From a bacterium (GTDB taxonomy: Bacteria > Zhuqueibacterota > Zhuqueibacteria > Residuimicrobiales > Krinioviventaceae): 64,000 nt of DNA. Location of the stretch: contig OY843751.1 of NCBI GenBank assembly GCA_963693055.1, positions 6,272,001 through 6,336,000 on the forward strand, in the 5' to 3' direction. Below are positions 1-10,904 of this stretch, in pieces. The notes under the pieces were generated by a model, which saw nothing but the letters and a program-made list of their open reading frames with translations, ran no database searches and had not been told where the DNA came from. The position numbers and the translations under genes were made by a program. How positions within the stretch are numbered: the first letter of the stretch is position 1; every line of letters begins with the position of its first letter.

Positions 1-903
1 AGTAAAGTTGAGAAAATTGAATTTAGTTTTTTATTAAGCTTTAAAGATAGATATATTAAAAAAAGTTTCCCGGTTCTTTTTCTAGTAATTCTTATTAATT
101 TTATAGGGCAACTATATACATTGATTGATAGATCATTCAATGCATCGCTACCGATAGGAGCTATTTCAGGTTTAAATTATGCAATGGTTTTGAACCAGAT
201 CGTCGTCAATCTTATTGGTGTAACTTTGGGAACTGCTATTTTCCCATCTATTTCCGAATTTTTAGCAGCTAATCGGATTGTAAAAGTTGAAAAATTGTTA
301 ATGAATTGTCTAAAATTTATTATTATTTTAATAGTACCGATGTCTTTTTTTGTATATCAAAATTCTCATGAAATTATTATTGCATTTTTTAAACGAGGTT
401 CATTTGATGATCTGGCTGTCAAGTATACTTTTCAAAGTTTTCAATATTATAGTTTGGGATTTTTATCATTTGTGAGCTATATAGTACTGGCTAATGTATT
501 CTACTCTTTACGACAATATAAATATATTTTGTTTTCTAGTGTGACCGCGATTTTATTTAAAATTCTTTTTTCTATTCTATGGACAGATTCACTCTTACAT
601 ATTGGTTTGGCCGCATCTACTTCTATTTCAGTTTTTGTAAATGTTTTGTTTATTTATTCAGTATTAAATTTTAAATTTATTAAATTAAAGCATTGGGAGC
701 TTTTAATTATTGTTGTTAAAGTTTTTTTGTCTTCATGTATTATTTTTATCTTGCAAGGAAAAATTTTAGCACAGTATGATTTTGTATCTGTTTATTCAAG
801 TCTTTTGATTAAAACTTTGTTTTGGTTAGTTTGTTTTTTTATTTTTTTATTTTTGTTTAAAATTAATAATCCATTAAAGTTATTAGGCCATGATGTCAGT
901 TAA
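1..903 (+). CDS. MurJ/MviN-like (MOP superfamily) polysaccharide flippase, 5'-truncated by window edge
   Basis: Frame is open from base 1. Motifs IDRSFNASLPIGAISGLNYA, GTAIFP, FFKRGSFD and HIGLAASTS are typical of MviN/MurJ-like flippases; multi-TM. Confidence 0.8.
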   Translation, partial: SKVEKIEFSFLLSFKDRYIKKSFPVLFLVILINFIGQLYTLIDRSFNASLPIGAISGLNYAMVLNQIVVNLIGVTLGTAIFPSISEFLAANRIVKVEKLLMNCLKFIIILIVPMSFFVYQNSHEIIIAFFKRGSFDDLAVKYTFQSFQYYSLGFLSFVSYIVLANVFYSLRQYKYILFSSVTAILFKILFSILWTDSLLHIGLAASTSISVFVNVLFIYSVLNFKFIKLKHWELLIIVVKVFLSSCIIFILQGKILAQYDFVSVYSSLLIKTLFWLVCFFIFLFLFKINNPLKLLGHDVS

Positions 904-2296
904 TTTAAATAGACCATTGGAAAAATTATATCCTGGATATCTACTGATACTATTTATAGTTGAATTGTTAGTCCTTGTAGTTAGCGGAATTTTTAGTGTT
1001 TGGTTGGCACCTGTCTTAACATTACTATTAGTAGTAGCTTTTATGGTTTTGAATATTAGAATAGATAGTTTTTCCTGCTTTTTATTTTTATTTATTATTA
1101 TTCCTTTTTTACCATTATTACCACCGCGAATGGGCGTTTTATTTGATATGTTTGGGATGTTTCTCGTAACCGTTTTTTGGTTACGAAATGTTGTAGATAA
1201 CGATCTTAATCTTGAACCTGTTCCAAAGGGTTTAATGTTCTTTTTAATTTCATATATTATTATATGTTTGTTATCAACCATTAATTCGATATCTTTTTCA
1301 ACAAGTTTTACTGAATTTTTACGCCTATCTTTTTTATTCTTTTTTTTAGTGGTCAGTTATTACAGTATTACCTCAATTAAACAGATTAATAAGATCCTCA
1401 ATGCATCTATATTGATGGTAATTCTAGTTAGCATTATTTCTTTGCCCGACATTCTGTCTATTCATTCATCTGATATTGTATCTGGAGTATTAGTTGACGA
1501 CAGATTGAAATCATTTTATTCAAATGCAAATATAATGTCTATCCCTTTTATGTTTGCGTCACCCGTTGTTTTTACAAAAATATTTTATTCTGATAAAAAA
1601 AATAGTTTTTACATACGTTCTTTTTATCTTATTTTGTTATTATTTTTTTTATATGTTATAATATTAACAAACTCAAGATCAGCGTTGCTTTTTATTTTCT
1701 CTTCTTTTTTTGTACTATTGTTAGGAGTCAAATATGGGTCTGTATTAATTGGTACATCATTTGTAATCTTTCTGGCATTATTGTCGTTTTTAGGAAAAAC
1801 AATAATAATGTTGTTGAGGTTAGAGCGTGGATTTACAGGTAGAGATATATTATGGAAAGCAGCTATTGGGATCATTCAAGATTATCCCTGGCTTGGAGTA
1901 GGTTTAGGAAACTATGAAAGGATAAAATATAAATATATATTACCGATCGATTTTTTTTCCAAATTCACTCGAAATTCGGAACAATCTGGAGCTGCTCATA
2001 ATTTATTATTAACCGTGATGGCGGAGAATGGTGTGATTGCGGGTATCTTGGTTCTATTTTTACTTTTGTATGTATTAATAATGGCCATTAAATTAATTAA
2101 AATCACAAATAAAAAAGATTATAAAACAGCATTGTTTGTTGCTATATCCATATTGTTCGGATTAACTATAAGAGGATTTTTTGAAAGTGGTATTATCATT
2201 GGATCTGCCAGAATTCAGGATTTTATTTATTTTTTAATACCTCTTGTGATTATTTTAAGGATGGATAAAATCGTAAAAAGTAAAGATTATATATAA
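890..2296 (+). CDS. O-antigen ligase/polymerase (Wzy_C family) membrane protein
   Basis: Many hydrophobic segments; LTNSRSA, TGRDILWKAA, PWLGVGLGNY, AHNLLLTVMAENG motifs of the WaaL/Wzy_C family. Confidence 0.85.
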   Translation: MMSVNLNRPLEKLYPGYLLILFIVELLVLVVSGIFSVWLAPVLTLLLVVAFMVLNIRIDSFSCFLFLFIIIPFLPLLPPRMGVLFDMFGMFLVTVFWLRNVVDNDLNLEPVPKGLMFFLISYIIICLLSTINSISFSTSFTEFLRLSFLFFFLVVSYYSITSIKQINKILNASILMVILVSIISLPDILSIHSSDIVSGVLVDDRLKSFYSNANIMSIPFMFASPVVFTKIFYSDKKNSFYIRSFYLILLLFFLYVIILTNSRSALLFIFSSFFVLLLGVKYGSVLIGTSFVIFLALLSFLGKTIIMLLRLERGFTGRDILWKAAIGIIQDYPWLGVGLGNYERIKYKYILPIDFFSKFTRNSEQSGAAHNLLLTVMAENGVIAGILVLFLLLYVLIMAIKLIKITNKKDYKTALFVAISILFGLTIRGFFESGIIIGSARIQDFIYFLIPLVIILRMDKIVKSKDYI

Positions 2297-3243
2297 TGAA
2301 AAGGAATTATTACTTTAAGGAAAAGAAGATGAGGTTGAGCTATTTATTTCAAAAATTTAAAAAATCAATTTGGTTAATGCCAAGGCATGAGTCTTATTAT
2401 GAAGATCAAATGTTATTGCTGGCAAAATTATTAGTTGAAAATGTGAAAAATAAAAAAGAGATTTCATCTTTAAAAGATGTGGAATTTAAAGTTTTTTCAC
2501 AATGGGGTGATGATGGTATAATACAATGGTTAATTCATAATCTAGAGATTCCAAATGAAACTTTTGTTGAATTTGGAGTTAATAATTATATTGAATCTAA
2601 TACACGATTTTTATTGTTAAATGATAACTGGTCCGGCTTAGTAATGGATGGTTCAAAAAAGAATATAGAAAATATTAAACAAACAAGATATTATAGAAAA
2701 TATGATCTGGATGCAGTATGTGCTTTTATAGATTGTGATAATATAAATGATTTGATTTTAGCTAGAAAATTTGATAAAAATATTGGTATTTTACATATTG
2801 ACATTGATGGAAATGATTATTGGGTTTGGGAAAAAATTGATGTTATTGATCCCGTGATTGTAATTATGGAATATAATAGTATTTTTGGAAAGGACCGGGC
2901 AATAACAATTCCTTATGATAATAATTTTCAAAGAAGACATGCTCATTATAGTGACTTGTATTTCGGCGCATCATTGAAAGCACTAAACAATTTAGCAGAG
3001 CAGAAAGGATATGCATACATCGGTAGCAATACTGGCGGCAATAATGCTTTTTTTGTTAAAAAAGAAAAATTAAACGATGTGGTTCGGGCAAAAAGCGTTG
3101 AAGAGGGTTTTGTTGATGCAAAATCTCGAGAAAGTAAAGATAGTAATGGAGTTAATTCCTTTTTGGGAGGAGAAGACCGGTTGACTTTAATTAAAGGAAT
3201 GCCAATATTTAATGTAGAAAAAAATAAAATTGAAAGACTATAA
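2296..3243 (+). CDS. Conserved hypothetical protein with SAM-dependent methyltransferase-like (FkbM-related) fold
   Basis: VFSQWGDDGII, FVEFGV, NTRFLL, LHIDIDGNDYW and VIVIMEYN motifs, seen in glycan-cluster methyltransferase-like proteins. Confidence 0.6.
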   Translation: MKRNYYFKEKKMRLSYLFQKFKKSIWLMPRHESYYEDQMLLLAKLLVENVKNKKEISSLKDVEFKVFSQWGDDGIIQWLIHNLEIPNETFVEFGVNNYIESNTRFLLLNDNWSGLVMDGSKKNIENIKQTRYYRKYDLDAVCAFIDCDNINDLILARKFDKNIGILHIDIDGNDYWVWEKIDVIDPVIVIMEYNSIFGKDRAITIPYDNNFQRRHAHYSDLYFGASLKALNNLAEQKGYAYIGSNTGGNNAFFVKKEKLNDVVRAKSVEEGFVDAKSRESKDSNGVNSFLGGEDRLTLIKGMPIFNVEKNKIERL

Positions 3244-3307
3244 GAAATCCTATAAAATAGGTCTAGAGCTATCCGTTGAACAATATTCATCGAAAAGGTT
3301 GTAGTGA

Positions 3308-4393
3308 ATGAATTTAAAAAGCATTGAAAAAAATTTTTTTTCCAGTTTTTTTATTGAGAGTCTGTCGAAGCAATTAAGAAAAGTATTTATAAATAAGATA
3401 AATTCTAAAAATATAGTTATTCTTAGTACACATCGCATTGGAGATTCTGTTTTAACTATTCCTGCGATTGAATCTATTCAAAAATTTTTTTCAGATTATA
3501 CAATAATTATTGTTTGTTTTGAAAATGCTCAATTTATTTATAATTATTATTTCAATGGTAGAATTCAAGTATTCCCCATTCATGCATTGAATAGTTGGGT
3601 GTCAAAACGATTTCCTTCAATTGAATTGATTAGAAAAATAAGAAAATTTTCCCCGGAGATATTATTTGATTTAACAACTTGTTTGTATTCATATTTGTTT
3701 GCTTTGACTGTTGGGGCAAAGCAAAATATTGGAATGAATAAAGAAAATTTAAAAAGTGTATATGATTTATTTGTTGTAAAAAGAAACAGTCCCCATCTTA
3801 TGGATATGTATTTAGATGTTGCAAAATTGGTGATCCCACCAGATGAAATGGTTGAGAGCAAACAGTTTCAACCCCAAATTAACAGGAATGGTGTTATTTT
3901 AATAAATACTTTGGCCGGATGGGATGCAAAAGAATGGGGATTAATGAATTTTATTAATGTTGCATTAGAATTAAAAAAGCGTTACCATGTTAAATTTATT
4001 CATCAAAAAAACAGTATGGACTCCACAATAATTGAAAAATATGGGTTTGTAAATATAGAAACAGATACAATAGAAGAACTGGTATGTAACTTACAAGAGT
4101 GTTCAATATTTATTGGAAACGACAGTGGCCCGATTCATATTGCAAACATGCTTGGTAAACCAACTTATTCAATTTATGGTCCAACAAACCCTGATTTTTC
4201 GATGCCATTTGGAAGCCATCATAGATACATTCGTAAAAGTTTAAAATGTACACCTTTTGTTGAAAAATATTGTTTTCTAGACGGTGGACATAAATGTAAA
4301 ACCCGAGAATGTTTAAAGCAATTAACGTCTGAGGAAGTATTGAACGATTTGAAAGCATTCCTGAATTATTTAGAAATAAGATCTAATAATTGA
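3308..4393 (+). CDS. Glycosyltransferase family 9 (heptosyltransferase-like)
   Basis: HRIGDSVLTIP, KEWG, FIGNDSGPIHIA, IYGPTNP motifs. Confidence 0.9.
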   Translation: MNLKSIEKNFFSSFFIESLSKQLRKVFINKINSKNIVILSTHRIGDSVLTIPAIESIQKFFSDYTIIIVCFENAQFIYNYYFNGRIQVFPIHALNSWVSKRFPSIELIRKIRKFSPEILFDLTTCLYSYLFALTVGAKQNIGMNKENLKSVYDLFVVKRNSPHLMDMYLDVAKLVIPPDEMVESKQFQPQINRNGVILINTLAGWDAKEWGLMNFINVALELKKRYHVKFIHQKNSMDSTIIEKYGFVNIETDTIEELVCNLQECSIFIGNDSGPIHIANMLGKPTYSIYGPTNPDFSMPFGSHHRYIRKSLKCTPFVEKYCFLDGGHKCKTRECLKQLTSEEVLNDLKAFLNYLEIRSNN

Positions 4394-4430
4394 AATGTAT
4401 TAAATTTTGTATGTTTAAAGAGTATAAATC

Positions 4431-5519
4431 TTGAAAATTTGTTTCCTAGCAGATGCACAAAATGTTCATACACAAAAATGGGCACGATTTTTCTCCGAAA
4501 AAGGACATCAAGTTGATGTAATAACATTTACTCCGTGTGAGATAGAAGGGGTAAATATACATCCTGTTGAAATGTCGTTACCTGTAGTTATAAATCATAA
4601 TGTTCATTTTCTCAAAAAAATTGGATATTTTTTTTATATAAACATTGTTAAAAATATTATTCAAAAAATAGAACCAGATATTTTACATGCGCATTGGGCA
4701 ACCTCATATGGATTGTTAGGTGCATTTAGTAATTTTCATCCTTATTTAATTTCTACATGGGGTAGAGATATTTATAAAGGTCTGGATGGCTCTTTTTTTT
4801 ACAAACAATTGTTGAGGTTTAGTTTAAGCAAAGCTGATTATATAACAGCTACAAGTAAGGAATTAGCTAAAGGAACCCAGACGTTTACTTCGAAAAAAGT
4901 ACTTCAGGTTCCGTTTGGAGTAGATGTTGATCATTTTAAGCCATTAGTTAATAAAAAGCGGGGCCAGGAACTGGTAATTGGTGTTGTCAAAAAATTGGAA
5001 CCATATTATGGTATTGATTACCTTGTTAAAGCGTTTTCCTTGTTAGAAAAAAAGTTTTCAAATATTGTTTTATGGATTATTGGAGAAGGCTCAGAAAAAG
5101 AAAAGTTGAGATCTTTGTGTGTTGATTACAAGATTGATCACAAAGTGCATTTTAAAGGACTTGTAAGTCAAAAAGATTTACCAGAATATTATAATCATAT
5201 CGATATTTTTGCAGTCCCTTCACTTATTGAATCTTTTGGTGTGGTTGTTGTTGAAGCTGCCGCATGTGGGTTGCCTGTTGTTGCGACAAATGTAAATGGA
5301 TTACCAGAAACGGTCAAAGATGGTGAAACCGGTTTCCTTGTTCCTTCACAGAATGTTGAAGCATTAGCAGATAAACTTACATTACTGATAGATGATTCAG
5401 CTTTGCGAGAAGGAATGGGGAAGAAGGCAAGAAATTTTGTTGAAGTAAATTATACCTGGCAAAACAACGCGGCAGAAATGTTACAACTTTATGAGAATAT
5501 TTTAGACCAGAAACATTAA
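4431..5519 (+). CDS. Glycosyltransferase family 4
   Basis: PDILHAHW, PFGVD, PSLIESFGVVVVEAAACGLPVVAT (EX7E motif). Confidence 0.92.
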   Translation: MKICFLADAQNVHTQKWARFFSEKGHQVDVITFTPCEIEGVNIHPVEMSLPVVINHNVHFLKKIGYFFYINIVKNIIQKIEPDILHAHWATSYGLLGAFSNFHPYLISTWGRDIYKGLDGSFFYKQLLRFSLSKADYITATSKELAKGTQTFTSKKVLQVPFGVDVDHFKPLVNKKRGQELVIGVVKKLEPYYGIDYLVKAFSLLEKKFSNIVLWIIGEGSEKEKLRSLCVDYKIDHKVHFKGLVSQKDLPEYYNHIDIFAVPSLIESFGVVVVEAAACGLPVVATNVNGLPETVKDGETGFLVPSQNVEALADKLTLLIDDSALREGMGKKARNFVEVNYTWQNNAAEMLQLYENILDQKH

Positions 5520-5533
5520 TTTGTAAAGGTTAT

Positions 5534-6481
5534 ATGAGTCTTTATTTAAAAATGATTCGAAATGTAATTATCAAGAAACCAGATTATTTTCATATTCCTC
5601 ACTCGGAATGCATGATTGATGATATATTAAAACCTGTTGAATATTATATAGACTTGCGACCTAAAATAGACTATAATGGTCTGTTTGATGAAAAGGGTGT
5701 TTTTTTATTATTCCAGGAAGATACAAAGAGATGGGATTACTATCCGATATCTGTCTTTAATTATGGGTTGGCAGCGTATCAGCATTTTTATAATAATAAA
5801 AATGAAGAGTTTTTAGAGAAAAGTTTAAATCAAGCAAATTGGGCATTAAAAACTCAAGAAAAAACAGGCAAATACAAAGGATGTTGGTTATGTGGTTATG
5901 ATAATAAAACTTTTTCTTTAAAAGCAGGATGGCAATCTGCAATGGCTCAAGGACTTGGTATTTCTCTTTTACTGCGTTTATGGATGATTACACAAAATGA
6001 ACAGTATCTTGAATCTGCATCTTTGGCATTATTACCCTTTCATAAAACTGTTGATGAAGGTGGTGTTCTTGCAATGTATAAAAAAAAATACATTTTCTTT
6101 GAAGAATATCCTTCCAACCCATCTTCGTTTGTCTTAAATGGGTATGTCTCTGCAATTTGGGGGTTAAGAGATTATGGATTGTTTTTAAATGATAACACGG
6201 TGTTGAATCTTTGGAATCAATCTGTTGAGGTCTTGAGTGAAATTTTACCTCAATATGATTTGGGGTATTGGTCGAGATATGATTTACGAGAAGGTGAAAT
6301 TAATGTTGCAAGTCAGTTTTATCATCATTATCATATAACATTGTTAAATATTTTGTATAAATTAAGTCAATTCTTAATTTTTAAAAATTATGCACAATTA
6401 TTTAACCAATATGAAAAGAATAAAATATATTATTTAAAAGCCCTTTCCCAAAAAATAGTTTGGCGATTGAAACGAATGTAG
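5534..6481 (+). CDS. D-glucuronyl C5-epimerase family protein
   Basis: YYPISVFNYGL, WQSAMAQG, FEEYPSNPSSFVLNG, SRYDL and FYHHYHI closely match conserved motifs of heparan sulfate C5-epimerase GLCE. Confidence 0.88.
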   Translation: MSLYLKMIRNVIIKKPDYFHIPHSECMIDDILKPVEYYIDLRPKIDYNGLFDEKGVFLLFQEDTKRWDYYPISVFNYGLAAYQHFYNNKNEEFLEKSLNQANWALKTQEKTGKYKGCWLCGYDNKTFSLKAGWQSAMAQGLGISLLLRLWMITQNEQYLESASLALLPFHKTVDEGGVLAMYKKKYIFFEEYPSNPSSFVLNGYVSAIWGLRDYGLFLNDNTVLNLWNQSVEVLSEILPQYDLGYWSRYDLREGEINVASQFYHHYHITLLNILYKLSQFLIFKNYAQLFNQYEKNKIYYLKALSQKIVWRLKRM

Positions 6482-6498
6482 ATTTTGTACTGGAGTAA

Positions 6499-7647
6499 TT
6501 GTTGTTGTATATTATCTTGTTAACAATATTTTATTTGTCTTTTTTTGTAATTTTATATAGTTACGCGTTTTATCCTATTACTGTTTATTTTGTGACAAGA
6601 TGGTATAAAATAAAAAGGAAATGCGATATTCAATTCACACCCAATGTTTCTTTAATCATTGCGGCAAGAAATGAAGAAGCTGTTATTGAAGAAAAAATAA
6701 AGAATTCTTTGAATCTGGATTATCCCTGGGAAAAGTTTGAGATAATGGTTATTTCCGATAATTCTACTGACCATACTAATAATATTGTTCAAAAATATCA
6801 AGATCGAATAAAACTTTTAGAATTAGCTGAACGACATGGTAAAACAAAAGCTCAAAATCGAGCAGTGGAATTAGCGAATGGCGAAATAGTAGTGTTTTCT
6901 GATGCGAATGCCATGTATGAAAAAGATGCTATTCGCCAGTTGGTAAAACATTATATTGATCCTGAGGTTGGATTTGTTTCCGGACAATTAATTTTTAAAA
7001 ATCAATCATCAGTAAGTAATAAAGAAAACATATATTGGCGATATGATAAATTTATTAAAAGAAGCGAAGACAAGCTGGGTTGCATTACCGGAGCAAATGG
7101 ATCTATATACTCAATTCGTAAAGATAAATATGTCCCCTTGGATTATGATATTATAAGTGATTTTATAGAACCTCTAGAAGTATACTCGCATGGTAATAAA
7201 GTTGTTTATGAAACTAGAGCAATCTCTTATGAGGATGGAAGTCAGACTTATAATGAAGAGTTCGGTCGTAGAAAAAGAATCATTCTTAGAAGTATAAATA
7301 GTTTGTATAAACATAAACATTTATTAAATCCGTTAATTACTGGGATTCTAGCATTTGAGTTAATCTCTCATAAAGTATTGCGCTGGTTTTGTCCGGTTTT
7401 TATGATACTGTTGTTTTTTACTAATATATTTCTAATAAATACGATTTCACTATTAATCTTTTTTTTGTTACAGGTAGTTTTTTATTTGATTTCTTTGTTA
7501 GGTATTTATATGAAAAATAAGCCAGGAATAAAATCAATATTTCTTGCCCCATATTATTTTACCTTAATTAATTATGCCTCTTTGTTAGCGATTCTCGATT
7601 TTTTCAAAGGGGAAAATAAAGTTTTTTGGGAGCCAGTTCGTCAGTAA
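6499..7647 (+). CDS. Glycosyltransferase family 2 (membrane-anchored)
   Basis: VSLIIAARNEE, SDNSTD, VFSDAN, GANGSIY, HKVLRW; N- and C-terminal TM helices. Confidence 0.9.
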   Translation: MLLYIILLTIFYLSFFVILYSYAFYPITVYFVTRWYKIKRKCDIQFTPNVSLIIAARNEEAVIEEKIKNSLNLDYPWEKFEIMVISDNSTDHTNNIVQKYQDRIKLLELAERHGKTKAQNRAVELANGEIVVFSDANAMYEKDAIRQLVKHYIDPEVGFVSGQLIFKNQSSVSNKENIYWRYDKFIKRSEDKLGCITGANGSIYSIRKDKYVPLDYDIISDFIEPLEVYSHGNKVVYETRAISYEDGSQTYNEEFGRRKRIILRSINSLYKHKHLLNPLITGILAFELISHKVLRWFCPVFMILLFFTNIFLINTISLLIFFLLQVVFYLISLLGIYMKNKPGIKSIFLAPYYFTLINYASLLAILDFFKGENKVFWEPVRQ

Positions 7648-7728
7648 TAAGCATAATTCTTTTAGATAAAAGATTTGTAAAAAATAAATAACATGATTAT
7701 ATTTTAATCTGATATCTAAAGAGAGTAT

Positions 7729-9129
7729 ATGCCGAAAACCCTTGAAAAAATATTTCTTTTTGCGATGGATTTCATTACCGTGAACATCGCATTTTTTTCA
7801 TTATTACGGTTACGTTACGCGGCCAATCTGTTTGTTGAGCAAAGCCTGGCCGCACGCTTGCAGGTATCCGTGTTTATCTATTTGTTCTGGTTGCTGCTTT
7901 TTTTATTTTTTGGTCTGTATCAATCCTGGTATACCAAATCCCGATTTGATGAATTTATGTCCGTTTTCAAAGCTGTTAGCTTTGGAATATTAATGATCTT
8001 TGTTCTAACAATAGAACCTGAAAAAGACTTGTCAAATCCTTTTTCTATGGGACGAATTCTGGTTTTTAGTTATTGGGTAATTTTGCTTTTTGTTGTGGGT
8101 GGAGGTAGAATGATACTCCATACACTGCATCGCAAAATGCTTGAACACGGTATATGGCAAAAGAACACTTTGATCATTGGGTGGAACGAAAAGTCCAAAG
8201 AACTTGCTGACAAGATAAAGAAATTCCCGGCTTTGGGATATCATGTAATTGGATTTGTGAGCCTGCACAAAAGCGAGATCGGTGAAGCCTACAATGATTT
8301 AAAGGTCATGGGGCATTTGAAAAAAATTAAATCTCTGGTTGAAAAAAATAATGTTGAAGAAGTTATTATTTGTCTGGGCAAATCTACCCCTAAAAATGTT
8401 ATGAACGCCATAGCACAATGTGAAGATTTGCAGGTTAACCTGAAAATTGAACCGGATATGTACCAGATTGTATTGGGGCAAGCCAGGACTCAGCAAATTT
8501 ATGGGTTCCCCCTTATAGAGATCCATCCGCAAATTATGAAACCCTGGGAGCACCAGGTAAAGCGTTTAATGGACCTTGCCATTTCCCTGATTGCGTTGAT
8601 CCTTTTGTCGCCTGTATTGATTCTAACTTCTCTTTTAATAAAATTGGATTCTCGCGGACCCATTCTGTTCAGTCAAAAACGAGTTGGAAAAAACGGCCGT
8701 ATTTTTACGATTTATAAATTTCGTTCCATGGTTCAGGACGCGGAAAAGCTGACCGGACCGGTTTGGGCGGGAGAAAAAGATCCCCGGATTACACGCATGG
8801 GAAGATTTATGCGCAAAACCCGTATAGACGAGTTGCCTCAGTTGTTCAATGTGCTTTATGGGCACATGAGTATTGTTGGGCCTCGACCGGAACGCCCTTA
8901 TTTTGTAGACAGATTAAAACGTGAATATCCCTTTTATACCCGCAGGTTGCGTGTAAAACCCGGTATAACCGGTTGGGCACAGGTTAAAGGAGAGTATGAT
9001 ACTACAATTGAACAGGTAAAAGAAAAACTTGAATTTGATTTATATTATATTGATAATTTATCTATTAGTTTGGATTTGAGAATATTGGTGTTTACTATAC
9101 TTGTCGTTATTAAGGGCAAGGGACAATAA
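7729..9129 (+). CDS. Initiating polyprenyl-phosphate sugar-1-phosphate transferase (WcaJ/WbaP family)
   Basis: [59 protein letters not shown]. Confidence 0.93.
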   Translation: MPKTLEKIFLFAMDFITVNIAFFSLLRLRYAANLFVEQSLAARLQVSVFIYLFWLLLFLFFGLYQSWYTKSRFDEFMSVFKAVSFGILMIFVLTIEPEKDLSNPFSMGRILVFSYWVILLFVVGGGRMILHTLHRKMLEHGIWQKNTLIIGWNEKSKELADKIKKFPALGYHVIGFVSLHKSEIGEAYNDLKVMGHLKKIKSLVEKNNVEEVIICLGKSTPKNVMNAIAQCEDLQVNLKIEPDMYQIVLGQARTQQIYGFPLIEIHPQIMKPWEHQVKRLMDLAISLIALILLSPVLILTSLLIKLDSRGPILFSQKRVGKNGRIFTIYKFRSMVQDAEKLTGPVWAGEKDPRITRMGRFMRKTRIDELPQLFNVLYGHMSIVGPRPERPYFVDRLKREYPFYTRRLRVKPGITGWAQVKGEYDTTIEQVKEKLEFDLYYIDNLSISLDLRILVFTILVVIKGKGQ

Positions 9130-9142
9130 AAGAGGAAGTGAT

Positions 9143-10408
9143 ATGCTGGATCTAAAATTTATCCGGGAGAATCCCGATGTTGTTAAAAAAGCAGTAAAAG
9201 ATAAACGTGAAAAAGCGGATATAGATGCTCTGTTGGCATTGGATGTGAAACGACGTGAGATGATAACCGAAACCGAAACCAAAAGAGCGCAGCAGAACAA
9301 GGTAACCCAACTGATTGCTGAACTGAAAAAGAACAAGCAAGATGCTACCGATGTAATCAAAGAGATGCGGGATTTATCTGACAGCATCAAAGCCCAGGCT
9401 GAAGAATTAAAAGATATAGAACAAAAGATACATGATATTCTGATATGGGTGCCTAATATTCCTCACGAAACAGTGCCTGTTGGTGGTGAGGCGGATAATG
9501 TAGAAGTGAAACGCTGGGGTGATATCCCTGACCTGGGATTCAAACCCCTGCCGCACCATGAAATTGCAGAAAAGCTGAATATTATTGATTTTAACCGCGC
9601 GTCTCGTATGTCCGGATCGTTTTTTGTCAGCTATCGCGGACTGGGCGCAAAGCTGGAACGAGCGTTGATCAATTTTATGATTGATCTGCATGTGGAAAAG
9701 CATGGATATACTGAAATTTTACCACCGTTTGTAGTTCGTCGGGATACCATGTTTGGTACCGGACAATTACCCAAGCTAGAAGAAGACATGTACCACGCAC
9801 AAGTCGATGATCTTTTCCTGATCCCCACTGCTGAAGTTCCGGTTACCAACCTGCACAGGGAAGAAATGCTGCAAGGAGAAGATTTGCCTATTAAATATAC
9901 CGCATATACCCCATGTTTCCGCCGTGAAGCAGGTGCCTATGGTAAAGACACCCGTGGATTAATGCGTATCCACCAATTCAACAAGGTAGAGATGGTTAAG
10001 TTTGTCAAACCTGAAACCTCTTATGATGAGCTTGAATCGCTGCTGGGTAATGCGGAAGAAGTATTGCAATTGTTAAAGCTGCCATACCGTGTATTGACAT
10101 TGGCTACAGGCGACTTGAGTTTTGCTGCAGCTAAATGTTATGATATTGAAGTCTGGGCCGCGGGCATTGAAAAGTGGCTCGAAGTATCATCATGCAGCAA
10201 TTTTGAAGATTTTCAATCAAGACGTGCCAACATTCGTATGCGTCGTGCAAAAGGAGACAAGCCCGAGTATCCGCATACACTGAACGGCTCCGGTCTTGCT
10301 TTGCCGCGTACCGTGATTGCAATCCTTGAAAATTATCAACAACCGGATGGCAGTATTGTTATTCCTGAGGTATTGAGAGATTATATGGGAACGGACAGGA
10401 TCGGTTAA
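9143..10408 (+). CDS. serS: Serine--tRNA ligase
   Basis: [10 protein letters not shown] start at ATG 9143 after AGAGGA; [30 protein letters not shown]. Confidence 0.98.
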   Translation: MLDLKFIRENPDVVKKAVKDKREKADIDALLALDVKRREMITETETKRAQQNKVTQLIAELKKNKQDATDVIKEMRDLSDSIKAQAEELKDIEQKIHDILIWVPNIPHETVPVGGEADNVEVKRWGDIPDLGFKPLPHHEIAEKLNIIDFNRASRMSGSFFVSYRGLGAKLERALINFMIDLHVEKHGYTEILPPFVVRRDTMFGTGQLPKLEEDMYHAQVDDLFLIPTAEVPVTNLHREEMLQGEDLPIKYTAYTPCFRREAGAYGKDTRGLMRIHQFNKVEMVKFVKPETSYDELESLLGNAEEVLQLLKLPYRVLTLATGDLSFAAAKCYDIEVWAAGIEKWLEVSSCSNFEDFQSRRANIRMRRAKGDKPEYPHTLNGSGLALPRTVIAILENYQQPDGSIVIPEVLRDYMGTDRIG

Positions 10409-10414
10409 TATTTC

Positions 10415-10897
10415 ATGAGTGAAGCCAAATCTGCTGGTACTACAAAACGCATCGGCATAATATCTGACACACATGGCAGTTTGCCCAACATCGTCCACAA
10501 GCTGTTCAAAGATGTGGACCTGATTCTTCATGCCGGAGATGTGGGTAATTGGGATATTGTTATTGAATTGGAAACCATTGCACCGGTTTATGCTGTTTAT
10601 GGCAATGTGGATCCCGAAGATGTCAGACGTCGGTTGGTGTTTTTACGAGAAATACGGATAGATGGGTATACCTTAACACTAACTCATATGCCAACCAAAC
10701 TGGATGCGATTGAATACGATAAGGGATTGTTCCGTGTATTTGGACATACCCATTATGCTGAAATTTTGGGCAATGGAAAAGAATGGACCCTGAATCCTGG
10801 TTCTGTCAGTCACCCCCGAAGTAATAAGGGACCCAGTGTAATGATACTGACGTTGAATGGGGAAAGCGCCCCAAAACCTGAAATCATCTATTTATGA
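10415..10897 (+). CDS. YfcE-family metallophosphoesterase
   Basis: IISDTHG, HAGD, VYGNVD, FGHTH, NPGS. Confidence 0.9.
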   Translation: MSEAKSAGTTKRIGIISDTHGSLPNIVHKLFKDVDLILHAGDVGNWDIVIELETIAPVYAVYGNVDPEDVRRRLVFLREIRIDGYTLTLTHMPTKLDAIEYDKGLFRVFGHTHYAEILGNGKEWTLNPGSVSHPRSNKGPSVMILTLNGESAPKPEIIYL

Positions 10898-10904
10898 GGT
10901 TAAA

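Noticed and set aside
6080-6088. A9 tract in the epimerase gene and other A/T homopolymers in the glycan cluster
   Set aside because: Expected in very AT-rich DNA; all frames are intact.
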